DNA from: a virus
Reading direction: 5' to 3' (one strand)
DNA: 64,000 nt
Virus record (IMG/VR): IMGVR_UViG_3300025012_000043
Coordinates: 1-64,000 of that record
Part shown: positions 37,075 through 45,661 of the stretch, piece by piece
Layout of the letters: the number at the start of each line of letters is the position of its first letter
Numbering within the stretch: the first letter of the stretch is position 1
The notes under the pieces: model-generated
What the model saw: only the letters and a program-made list of their open reading frames with translations
Database searches by the model: none
Told to the model about the DNA's origin: nothing
Program-made: the position numbers and the translations under genes

Positions 37075-38855
37075 AAGTCAGCCATCCCCCATCGGTCGTA
37101 ATAACTTTTGTTTGTGGCTTCTTCATCCTCAGAGTAATATGCTGAAGCCGTCCCGAATGAAGCACTATTTATCATCGCACAAAGTAATGAATCAGGCCCG
37201 TGATCATTTTTCTTCAAGATGTTCCCATTTACATCTCTTCGCCAATTCTTAAGATCTTTGGCTAAAGTAGCCTTATACCTTTCTGGGATTCTTACCTGCC
37301 TACGTTCAAACTTCATACGCATGGCCCCGACACCCGCTTCTTTTTGTGTGGTAAAATTAATCGGACTGACCGATAATCCAAATTCTCTTTGTATGTGCAT
37401 GTTCTGAAATACATGTGAACTGTCTGGTAATACTTGTAATATATCATATCTCTTGGCAAGTTCGGCGACCAATTGATAACAATCAGTATCTGATGGTGAT
37501 GTCAATGAGTGATATGAAATGATATTAACATATTCATCTGCCATATATTGAGCAACCGTCATAGCTGTAGTACCAGCAGCCCCCCAGTCAATACCAAGTA
37601 CTGTTGCACCAAATCCTTTTTTATATTGAACATCCCTATCTGGACATATAGACATATCAACTTCATATGGATCTAAAACGAAAATGCCACGTCCGGGACG
37701 CCATCCCATATACTCAACTTCAAACGTAACTTTATCATTACGTCTCCATGCCTTACGTACCTCTTCAACTGGGAAATGCCCCCTACTAAGTCTAGCTTTA
37801 TGTTCAACTTTGTGTCCACATTTATCACATATCTTGCCTAAATCACCAGGCTGTCTCATTTTTACCTTGATGGCTGCACAACCATCTTTATACTTACATT
37901 CTGAGCATAATTCGGGGTAAATACACCCAGACGGCTTCTGGTCCAACCTAGTCTCATCTAATCTTTCTTGATAAGTAAACCGTGTCCATTTAGGCAAATC
38001 ATCTCTTGGTATATCAAAATTAAAATAGCAACCACACACCAGTTGACAATAAAGCTCATCAAATTCTGGTACGCATTTTGCACATTCACCTGTACATTCC
38101 TCACATACATCAAACGAATCCATTGCAATTTTCATGAAGCCACGGGCTTCAGCGTTGTCCCAGAAATCCTGAAAATCACCAAAAGCATGGTGAAATGTTG
38201 AGATGATCAAGTTAAATGGCGGCCTAGCCTCCTTGGTCATTGGCAATGCTTGTTTCATAAGCCCATCCGCCATTTCTGCGGCTTCGTCCAAGACCAATAA
38301 TCCCGGAGCTTTACGTAATGCTCCTAAATGGGGACCTCTCACGGCTTTTGCAGAACTAGCGACACAGCGTAAAAATGGTGTCGGTGCTGGTCCCTTTTTA
38401 TTAGTCATAGATAGTGTACGTTTATCAACAACACTGGCTACCTTTATGTCTGCATCAATATATGAACACACATACCCATAAACAATTAAAGCTTGGTCTT
38501 CTGATCCACCACATGAAAGGGCGTCAGCATCAAGAAAATACCACAATGCAAATTCAATCATTGATGCAAATAATGATTTACCGCCTCCACGAGCAGCGCA
38601 CATAATAATATCAAGACCATTTGCACGTGAACCCGTGTCAACACTTTCTCTTGCCATATGATATATCTTATTAAATACCCATTTTAAAATAGGCGGCAAT
38701 ACAAATCCATGAAACTCTTTAAAATATTCTAATGGATCATTCCTATATTTTGCACGTACGTCTGAATCAACATACGCAGTAAAATCATTAGCCAAATCAT
38801 CTAATGAAGTATATAGCCCTTTATTAGTACTATTATCTTCCAATATACCCACCAT
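37071..38855 (-). CDS. terL: Terminase large subunit with Cys-rich insertion
   Basis: Walker A AARGGGKS, Walker B LLVLDEA, coupling motif IST, nuclease GIDWG and NDHGPDSL. Confidence 0.9.
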   Translation of the reverse strand: MVGILEDNSTNKGLYTSLDDLANDFTAYVDSDVRAKYRNDPLEYFKEFHGFVLPPILKWVFNKIYHMARESVDTGSRANGLDIIMCAARGGGKSLFASMIEFALWYFLDADALSCGGSEDQALIVYGYVCSYIDADIKVASVVDKRTLSMTNKKGPAPTPFLRCVASSAKAVRGPHLGALRKAPGLLVLDEAAEMADGLMKQALPMTKEARPPFNLIISTFHHAFGDFQDFWDNAEARGFMKIAMDSFDVCEECTGECAKCVPEFDELYCQLVCGCYFNFDIPRDDLPKWTRFTYQERLDETRLDQKPSGCIYPELCSECKYKDGCAAIKVKMRQPGDLGKICDKCGHKVEHKARLSRGHFPVEEVRKAWRRNDKVTFEVEYMGWRPGRGIFVLDPYEVDMSICPDRDVQYKKGFGATVLGIDWGAAGTTAMTVAQYMADEYVNIISYHSLTSPSDTDCYQLVAELAKRYDILQVLPDSSHVFQNMHIQREFGLSVSPINFTTQKEAGVGAMRMKFERRQVRIPERYKATLAKDLKNWRRDVNGNILKKNDHGPDSLLCAMINSASFGTASAYYSEDEEATNKSYYDRWGMADF

Positions 38856-39372
38856 AGCTAAAATAATATTGTTTGTGATACTCTTTACACTTATCAGTCT
38901 TTCTATATTTTTCCGCCTGTTCCTTCATACAGATTCTACATTTCCTTCCACCGCTTGGGCGAATATAAGTATTTTCTTTAATAAATTTGTGTCCATTAAT
39001 ACAACAGATCTTGGCATTATTTATAGCCGCACGACCATTATTGTTCTCGATAGAATTTATTTGTGGCGTAACCTCTCTCAAATGATCAGGACGAACACAT
39101 GCGCGGTTTCTACACATATGATCCAATAAATACCCAAGCTTAATCTTTCTATTGTGGAAATACTCAAATGAAACTCTATGAGCCGGGTATTGTTTACCAT
39201 CAATTTTAAATTGGCCATAGCCACTACTATCTTTGCAAGCACCCCAATCCCAGCACCCAGTGGGACTACTGGATTCTATATCTATTTTATTAAAGAACCT
39301 TTTTTCTAAATCAATCATATTATTATTTGTTCCTATATTCGAAAAGCCCGCATACCCCAGCCATTGTAACAA
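38833..39372 (-). CDS. HNH homing endonuclease (likely start at MIDLEK)
   Basis: GCWDW...GYG.F...AHRVS, DHMCRNRACVRPDHL..VT...N, C.NGH.F...NTY....R.CR.C. Confidence 0.88.
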   Translation of the reverse strand: MLQWLGYAGFSNIGTNNNMIDLEKRFFNKIDIESSSPTGCWDWGACKDSSGYGQFKIDGKQYPAHRVSFEYFHNRKIKLGYLLDHMCRNRACVRPDHLREVTPQINSIENNNGRAAINNAKICCINGHKFIKENTYIRPSGGRKCRICMKEQAEKYRKTDKCKEYHKQYYFSYGGYIGR

Positions 39373-39862
39373 ATTTAAACCCTAATTCCCTTTCTACCTC
39401 TTCCTTTGTCCAATGATACAAATGTGCTTCATATTTATTACCCCATTTATTATTTGACCCTTGCTCAAACTTTTGCATGGGTAATGATATAATGATCCAA
39501 TTATAGATACTTACTAACCTATCAACTACTCGTATACAATCACTCTTTTGTAAATGTTCTAATACATCTCCCGCTATAACCAGATCTGCTATGGCATATT
39601 TATAATCAAAATATCTAATATCACCAATATAAATATCTTCATAACAGGCAAGATTCTGTTTAAATGTAGTTAAATATGGTGCCCAAATTTCAACGCCATA
39701 TATTTTGCAATTTGGTGCTATCTGCTTAAACATAGTACCATATCCACCAGCACCAACCCCAAGATCAAGAATTACATCTGGTATACCAATCCCTTTTACA
39801 TAATTCACTAATGCTTCTCTTGCTGCTGGATCACTAGATGGCACAGAAACCTCCCCTATCAA
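39323..39862 (-). CDS. Class I SAM-dependent methyltransferase
   Basis: ILDLGVGAGGYG, GVEIW, GDVLEHL. Confidence 0.88.
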   Translation of the reverse strand: MIGEVSVPSSDPAAREALVNYVKGIGIPDVILDLGVGAGGYGTMFKQIAPNCKIYGVEIWAPYLTTFKQNLACYEDIYIGDIRYFDYKYAIADLVIAGDVLEHLQKSDCIRVVDRLVSIYNWIIISLPMQKFEQGSNNKWGNKYEAHLYHWTKEEVERELGFKFVTMAGVCGLFEYRNK

Positions 39863-39878
39863 TAATTAGTACTTCCAA

Positions 39879-40643
39879 TTACTCGAAGGCATGTTCTACC
39901 TCATGATAAAATGATATATTTTTAAACCTCTCACTAATCGGGATCACATGTGGTCTCTCTTGAGTTCTCATAGACCACCTAATAACTTCGTCAGTTTTAC
40001 CATAATGTGGATTACCTGGCACTGCGGCATACTTTCTATATTTTGTGAGTAACAAATCAATACTCTTTAATGATTCAAAATGAATGGCCCACACATTATT
40101 ATGTAATCGCTGCCATGAGTACTTAAAATGTGCCCCAAAAATTACGTCGTTATTATAATAAAAATCCTCCAACCCAAGATGTGATTTCTTAAATCTAATC
40201 TCTGGTATGTTTCTAAATAGTCCTATTAATGGGTCTGGCCCTGTGTTATAGATATGATATATATCACTCGCCAAATGAAACTTGGGGAATGAATATATTA
40301 AATATCTATCTGTTTTCACTAATTGATTGATATCTTTAAAAAGGCAATCACACGCCAACGCATCTGAATCAGTCCAATAAATCCAATTGAATTGTGATTT
40401 CTCTATAGCAAAGTTCCGTTGAGCCCAAAATCCAGGCCAGGGATTATGAAATATCTTAAATCTTTCATCCTTTTCTGAATTTATGATATCTAATGTCGAA
40501 TCAGTACTACCACCATCAACGATAATTAACTCGGTCGGTCCTTCAATTGAATTCATTAATTTTTTCAACCAACGTACGGTCTGACCGATCATTTGTTCTT
40601 CATTCTGACAAATCAGGTTTAGTGATATGCTATTATTAGTCAT
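39879..40643 (-). CDS. Glycosyltransferase family 2
   Basis: NEE..I, ELIIVDGGSTDST, QRNFAI, W.YWTDSD. Confidence 0.88.
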   Translation of the reverse strand: MTNNSISLNLICQNEEQMIGQTVRWLKKLMNSIEGPTELIIVDGGSTDSTLDIINSEKDERFKIFHNPWPGFWAQRNFAIEKSQFNWIYWTDSDALACDCLFKDINQLVKTDRYLIYSFPKFHLASDIYHIYNTGPDPLIGLFRNIPEIRFKKSHLGLEDFYYNNDVIFGAHFKYSWQRLHNNVWAIHFESLKSIDLLLTKYRKYAAVPGNPHYGKTDEVIRWSMRTQERPHVIPISERFKNISFYHEVEHAFE

Positions 40644-41248
40644 ATTTTATACTCAAACCTATGACAATGAAACCCCTCTGCATACACATCATCTCCAGAA
40701 AGAAACGTACCCATATATCTATTTTGTGCTATTATACGACCAATAGATATACGATTAGTATTAACCTGTGATTTAAATATTTTCAATAAAAGTTCTTTTC
40801 TATTTTTATTAATACGGCTAAAAATATTTGGCACAAAATTATAACTTGACCCACTATGATATGAAAATAATATACGATCCTTCTTTCTGGATACTGAAAG
40901 CCCAACACGTGCAGCTCTTATATGATCTTGGTGCGTATCAAACTCATATGGCGCATATATAATCATTGGCGATAATATGTCTATCTGCCCAACCATTTCA
41001 TCAATAGTATACATCTTTGTAAAATATCTTATATGAATCTTATTACCACCCAATTTTGATAACACCATATCTTGTTCATGCATTCTAGTACTGGGGACTC
41101 CACCAAATTGATCATCAGAATTGGTAATAATACAATTAATATGGATATCTTTCTTATCACAATAGTTAATTAATACTCCACCACATCCTGCTTCAATGTC
41201 ATCAATATGCGCCCCAATAAAACATACTCTGTCCATTAGAAATTCCAA
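40640..41248 (-). CDS. PIG-L/LmbE family de-N-acetylase
   Basis: GAHIDDIEAGCGG, R..EQ, DTHQDH, F.SQ, YAEGF. Confidence 0.85.
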   Translation of the reverse strand: MEFLMDRVCFIGAHIDDIEAGCGGVLINYCDKKDIHINCIITNSDDQFGGVPSTRMHEQDMVLSKLGGNKIHIRYFTKMYTIDEMVGQIDILSPMIIYAPYEFDTHQDHIRAARVGLSVSRKKDRILFSYHSGSSYNFVPNIFSRINKNRKELLLKIFKSQVNTNRISIGRIIAQNRYMGTFLSGDDVYAEGFHCHRFEYKI

Positions 41249-41970
41249 TTAGGCGTATATGGGGCCTTTAGCTTGGCGGGTATACCAGCATAAACACCTG
41301 GTTCAGTAATGTCCTTAGTAACACAAGCCGCCATGCCAACGATGACATTATCACAAATAGATATGCCATTTCGGATAACCGCCCCAAGACCAATCCAACA
41401 GTTTTTACCAATCTCAGCCGACCCTCCAATAATGGCTCCCGTAGCAATCACTGTGTCTTGATCAATAAGACTATTATGTCCAATAGTACATCGTCCATCT
41501 ATTTTTACACCCATTGCAATAGTTGTAGAATCAAGTACTCCTCGCTCGACTAAAGTAAGTGCACCAACTTCAACACCTTCACCAAAGAAAACATTACCCA
41601 TGTGTTTAATTTGTACTTTACCACCCTTAGGCGAAATAGCAACATTGACACCTTCACTAATTACTGCCGTAGGATGGATAATAACATTTCTCATATATTC
41701 ATCTGGGGCTGGCTGACGGCCATAGTTAATTTTATTATGGATAATTGTAAATTCGTAATCAACATATTTTGTTGGATATAATTGAATATTTTCTGGTAAT
41801 ACTGGGAATTTAGATATATTAATATCATCAGCAATAATAACCAAAAGAGGGTTATTAAAAGAACGAACTCTGTCTAAATATTCTACCTTACGCGCAAAAG
41901 TAATACTATTAGGCTTAGGATTAAAAATTGAACATGTACGACTAAATTTTTGTGTGTTATACGCAATCAT
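41236..41970 (-). CDS. LpxD-like left-handed beta-helix N-acyltransferase
   Basis: Hexapeptide repeats; GNV..GEGVEVGALTLVERGVLDSTTI..GVKID..C.IGHN; VTKDI...GVYAGIPAK. Confidence 0.82.
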   Translation of the reverse strand: MIAYNTQKFSRTCSIFNPKPNSITFARKVEYLDRVRSFNNPLLVIIADDINISKFPVLPENIQLYPTKYVDYEFTIIHNKINYGRQPAPDEYMRNVIIHPTAVISEGVNVAISPKGGKVQIKHMGNVFFGEGVEVGALTLVERGVLDSTTIAMGVKIDGRCTIGHNSLIDQDTVIATGAIIGGSAEIGKNCWIGLGAVIRNGISICDNVIVGMAACVTKDITEPGVYAGIPAKLKAPYTPNWNF

Positions 41971-42536
41971 TTATTGCCTCCTATGGGAACGGCGTTTATT
42001 AATTCTTGCTCAACAACATTGATTGGCCTAGTATCCTCTACAATTATCTTCATTCGTCCAGACTGTAAAGCCCTCTTAAGCCCATCTAAACATTTCGGGC
42101 ACCCAGATACCACGCCTTTTACTATGTTAATAAATTGATTTTGGGTTGATTGGGCTAATTGTAGCCTAGTAATCGCATCCTTATCACTACCAAGTAGCTG
42201 TAATATCTGGCTACGTTGTGACTCAACTTCTGTGATTAATTTTAATAATTTGGATTTAGAATTAGTATTATCAACTGGAGTATTCTGATATAAAATCCAA
42301 GTTTCCTTTTTAACCAAATCAAGATTGTCTAGTGCGGCTAGGACATGATCGAGTTTTTTGTCTAATATGTCAGGATTATCTTGGATTTTTCTATCCAAGA
42401 TAATCTTATATTCAGCGATCACGTCGATAACGTCGCTAATATCTAACTTCATATCACGAGCTATTACGTAAGATGGTTGGAGTTTTAGTGCCCTATCCCA
42501 AATCTCGTCTTTGACTTCAATAGAAATAATAGGCAT
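41967..42536 (-). CDS. Putative terminase small subunit / HTH-containing helical protein
   Basis: First gene after an intergenic gap ahead of the packaging operon; N-terminal HTH-like IARDMKLDISDV; all-helical. Confidence 0.4.
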   Translation of the reverse strand: MPIISIEVKDEIWDRALKLQPSYVIARDMKLDISDVIDVIAEYKIILDRKIQDNPDILDKKLDHVLAALDNLDLVKKETWILYQNTPVDNTNSKSKLLKLITEVESQRSQILQLLGSDKDAITRLQLAQSTQNQFINIVKGVVSGCPKCLDGLKRALQSGRMKIIVEDTRPINVVEQELINAVPIGGNK

Positions 42537-42617
42537 TAGTTACCTCAAAATTTATGTTTAATTCCTGTGTCTTCAAAGAAAATAATATTCTATTATACAT
42601 ACGTAAATTGAATTACC

Positions 42618-43901
42618 TCATCTCCTTTTAATACGGCTACTGACATCATTGATGCCAGGTATATGAATCGTATAATTTGTTCTAGTCACTCTTAATCGAC
42701 AACTCTTAGAGTGGTATATTTGGAATGGTTTAGGTGTGAATAAAATACCACAGGCTGGATTCGCACACTTTATCTGGTTAACAACCTTAACTTTATACCG
42801 GGTCTTTTGTAAACTGGCCCTACGATCTCTACGAATGTCTCTACGCTTCTTTGTATATAATTTCACTCTACATTCTTCAATACAAAATTGTTGGTGCTTA
42901 TACCTGGTTTTAAATGACTTCCCACATACAATACACACCTTGTCATATTCTGGTATGTCAAACATATCCAAATCGATCAAAAATTTCTTGCGTATATTTG
43001 ATAGTCCCCACTTAATATACCTATTAACGGCCTGTGATGTAATATTGGTATGTGAAAACTTAATCGATCCACATCTTGGACAAGCATCAACCTTTTTAGG
43101 ACTGAAAAATACACACCCATCTCCTAGACACCTGTATGCTGATAAAATGTCTTTAATATCTTTTTGGTGAACACCCTCTATAAAATGTAACCATAATACA
43201 TCTCTCTGTCTTTTTGATAGAAACTTCTCACATTTAAGTAATTTTATTAACTTTAACCTAATTTCTGGCGTAACATATTTAGATCCAGATAATAATTTAA
43301 CTTTCATATTTTCAAATTCCCCCTCAACACTATCATTAATAACACCAGCTAGTACTGAGGCCATTTTCTTACACAACGTTAACGCATAACATTTATTTCT
43401 ACTCTTACATACACCACAATCTAAACCATTAATATGCACTATATCTTCAATTTTACCAACTGGTATGACCACATTTTGTTCGTCTTCATCAATATCAAAA
43501 TAATTAGTTAGTTTATGCTTGGCTATCTCAATTGCACTAGGATCATAAGCTATCTCTTTTCTAAACCCACTCTCTATACCATACTTAAACACCTGCCCCT
43601 TTTCAATCTGATCATAATTTTCACATGTATCTATATCACATCCCAGTACCCAATGTTCGTGCCCAAATGAACATCCATTAAATTTTGAACATCTGGCTTC
43701 ATTACACGTGCCATATTCACCATCATAATTTTGGTATAACTTATCCGGATCGCCAGCCATACATTCTGTGCCTATATCATGATAACATCCATCTCTACTA
43801 TATTTACATATATTATGCGTATGCGAATATAACAAATTCTCAATGTAGGGGCAGACTTTTGTACATTTGTTATATTTGGGGCAATTATTACAACCGGACA
43901 T
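42618..43901 (-). CDS. Cys-rich putative transcription regulator with sigma-70 region-4-like HTH
   Basis: LSKRQRDVLWLHFIEGVHQKDIKDIL...ITSQAVNRYIKWGLSNIRKK; multiple CxxC clusters. Confidence 0.6.
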   Translation of the reverse strand: MSGCNNCPKYNKCTKVCPYIENLLYSHTHNICKYSRDGCYHDIGTECMAGDPDKLYQNYDGEYGTCNEARCSKFNGCSFGHEHWVLGCDIDTCENYDQIEKGQVFKYGIESGFRKEIAYDPSAIEIAKHKLTNYFDIDEDEQNVVIPVGKIEDIVHINGLDCGVCKSRNKCYALTLCKKMASVLAGVINDSVEGEFENMKVKLLSGSKYVTPEIRLKLIKLLKCEKFLSKRQRDVLWLHFIEGVHQKDIKDILSAYRCLGDGCVFFSPKKVDACPRCGSIKFSHTNITSQAVNRYIKWGLSNIRKKFLIDLDMFDIPEYDKVCIVCGKSFKTRYKHQQFCIEECRVKLYTKKRRDIRRDRRASLQKTRYKVKVVNQIKCANPACGILFTPKPFQIYHSKSCRLRVTRTNYTIHIPGINDVSSRIKRR

Positions 43902-44577
43902 TAGGTTTATCCTTCTTATTGGCTAATTTTAAAGCATTCCATGATATAGGAAAATACTTAGAACAAATAATATTTATAGCCTTCGCATATTCTTGGATCT
44001 CTAATTGCGCATGACTATCTTGTCGTGATTCCCAAAAATAAAACGCTGCCTGTAAACTCATCCTACTACGTACAGTAGTATATAAACCATAGGGGATAAC
44101 TTGCCTAATATTTTCTACGGCCACGCCACGTTCCACCCATTTATTATAGAGACTTAAAGCTGAGGCATACGCAATATTTAAATCATCCTTAAATTCATCT
44201 TTATACTCTTCTAATACCTGCCCCTGGCCCCATTTTCCTTTAGGCTCTCTAGGCACTGGGCAATAAAATTCGTAAACCCGTTTATTTCTACCAGATTGTT
44301 CATTCCAATTTGTCCCATCTTCAACATTAGAAACACCAATTACATGTTTATAATATTGTTGACGTACACATAGTGGCATCTTCACTTCGACCCATATGCC
44401 AACGCTTCGAAATGGTGACGAATGACCTTCATTGGCTAGTCGCTCAATAAATCCTGGAGTTACAACCACTACTTCTTTAACAAATGAAGCTCGTGCACAA
44501 TTCTCAATATCGACATCAACCCCATCAATTCTACATATTTTAACATATCCATGATCTAATACTTTTATTAGTTCCAT
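43888..44577 (-). CDS. thyX: Flavin-dependent thymidylate synthase
   Basis: IKVLDHGYV, ARAS, GHSSPF, KH..G......WNEQSGR variant motif, R.DSHAQLEIQEYA. Confidence 0.9.
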   Translation of the reverse strand: MELIKVLDHGYVKICRIDGVDVDIENCARASFVKEVVVVTPGFIERLANEGHSSPFRSVGIWVEVKMPLCVRQQYYKHVIGVSNVEDGTNWNEQSGRNKRVYEFYCPVPREPKGKWGQGQVLEEYKDEFKDDLNIAYASALSLYNKWVERGVAVENIRQVIPYGLYTTVRSRMSLQAAFYFWESRQDSHAQLEIQEYAKAINIICSKYFPISWNALKLANKKDKPNVRL

Positions 44578-44843
44578 GTTTGGTTGTCTCCGACCGTTGA
44601 ATCCTCGTGTTTATTTGTGTGTTCTTTTTCCCAAAAGAAAATGGTATCCACAATTCTAGCAATAAATTCCACTCCAGGATGCCCATGTCTATACTTACCT
44701 AGACGACTAGAGATCGTTTCTTTTCCATCCCCACCTAAAATTGCATTAACTAGCATATCTATCCCACGCAAAAAATTAGATACACCATATCCTAAACTTT
44801 TAAAATATAAGAAAAATTTATCTCTAAATATCACAAATTCCAT
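44568..44843 (-). CDS. Conserved phage hypothetical protein
   Basis: D...NAILGGD..ETISSRLGK motif. Confidence 0.6.
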   Translation of the reverse strand: MEFVIFRDKFFLYFKSLGYGVSNFLRGIDMLVNAILGGDGKETISSRLGKYRHGHPGVEFIARIVDTIFFWEKEHTNKHEDSTVGDNQTWN

Positions 44844-44844
44844 C

Positions 44845-45294
44845 TTATTTCACCTTCACTCTAATACCAGTCATCCAATAATATTCAGACATTTGTGCTG
44901 GTGGTCTCGCCTCAGTCAAATAGTCCCACTTATTATGTTCTACAAATACCTGAATTGGTCCGTAAATATCAACCCCAAGTTTCAAATTATAGTCAATGCG
45001 TGCCCGTTCAAAATCCCAATCCGATCCTTTCCATGCATCAGGGAATCCATGCCCTACCACATCCGGAGTACGCCAGTTCTGTAAAAACCATATCTTTGTA
45101 TTCACATCAAATGTAACGCGTTTCCAAAATCTAATGCCTCCATCAGCCTCAAGTTTATATCGTGCCACCATATCTTGTATGATAGGTTCGTTGTGGGGAA
45201 TAGTAAATGCAGCACTTAATTCAAACTTCTCTAAATTAATAGCATGAGAGGAAATGGGCACCAATAAAATTAATAATATCAAGAATTTTTTCAT
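44845..45294 (-). CDS. Secreted/outer-membrane beta-strand protein
   Basis: Signal peptide MKKFLILLILLVPISSHA; alternating amphipathic strands, aromatic-rich. Confidence 0.55.
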   Translation of the reverse strand: MKKFLILLILLVPISSHAINLEKFELSAAFTIPHNEPIIQDMVARYKLEADGGIRFWKRVTFDVNTKIWFLQNWRTPDVVGHGFPDAWKGSDWDFERARIDYNLKLGVDIYGPIQVFVEHNKWDYLTEARPPAQMSEYYWMTGIRVKVK

Positions 45295-45650
45295 TAGTTT
45301 TTGCCTTTCTTTAAGTCATTAATTCGTATGTCTAGTCTATCTTTCTCTGCTTCTAGTTCACGCAACCGTTGTCTGGCCACACTATCACTTGGCCTCTGTT
45401 CAACTCTATCCTGTACTTTCCACATCTTTTCCTGTACATACGATTTTGATTGCTCTGCTTGGTAGATCAGTAATTTGGTATTAGCTTCAACGAACCTTTT
45501 ATCAGTGACATCAACATATGATTGAAAAGCACGTTCTTTGGCAAAATAAGCATTAACACCAAGTACTGATCCCACCAGCAAGGCAAGGCTAGCGACCAAA
45601 GCAATTGCACCCTGAAAATTAAAATATTTACCAAAATTAAACTGGGTCAT
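45294..45650 (-). CDS. TM + coiled-coil protein
   Basis: Single hydrophobic helix followed by a coiled coil. Confidence 0.6.
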   Translation of the reverse strand: MTQFNFGKYFNFQGAIALVASLALLVGSVLGVNAYFAKERAFQSYVDVTDKRFVEANTKLLIYQAEQSKSYVQEKMWKVQDRVEQRPSDSVARQRLRELEAEKDRLDIRINDLKKGKN

Positions 45651-45661
45651 TTGTATCTCCT

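Noticed and set aside
37818-38105. Intein in terL
   Set aside because: No block A, B, F or G intein motifs; it is a Cys-rich insertion
42537-42617. Sigma-70 promoter (TATAAT on the minus strand; also at 16587-16592)
   Set aside because: No properly spaced -35 element and TATAAT is common in AT-rich DNA; may be activator-dependent but cannot be supported from sequence alone
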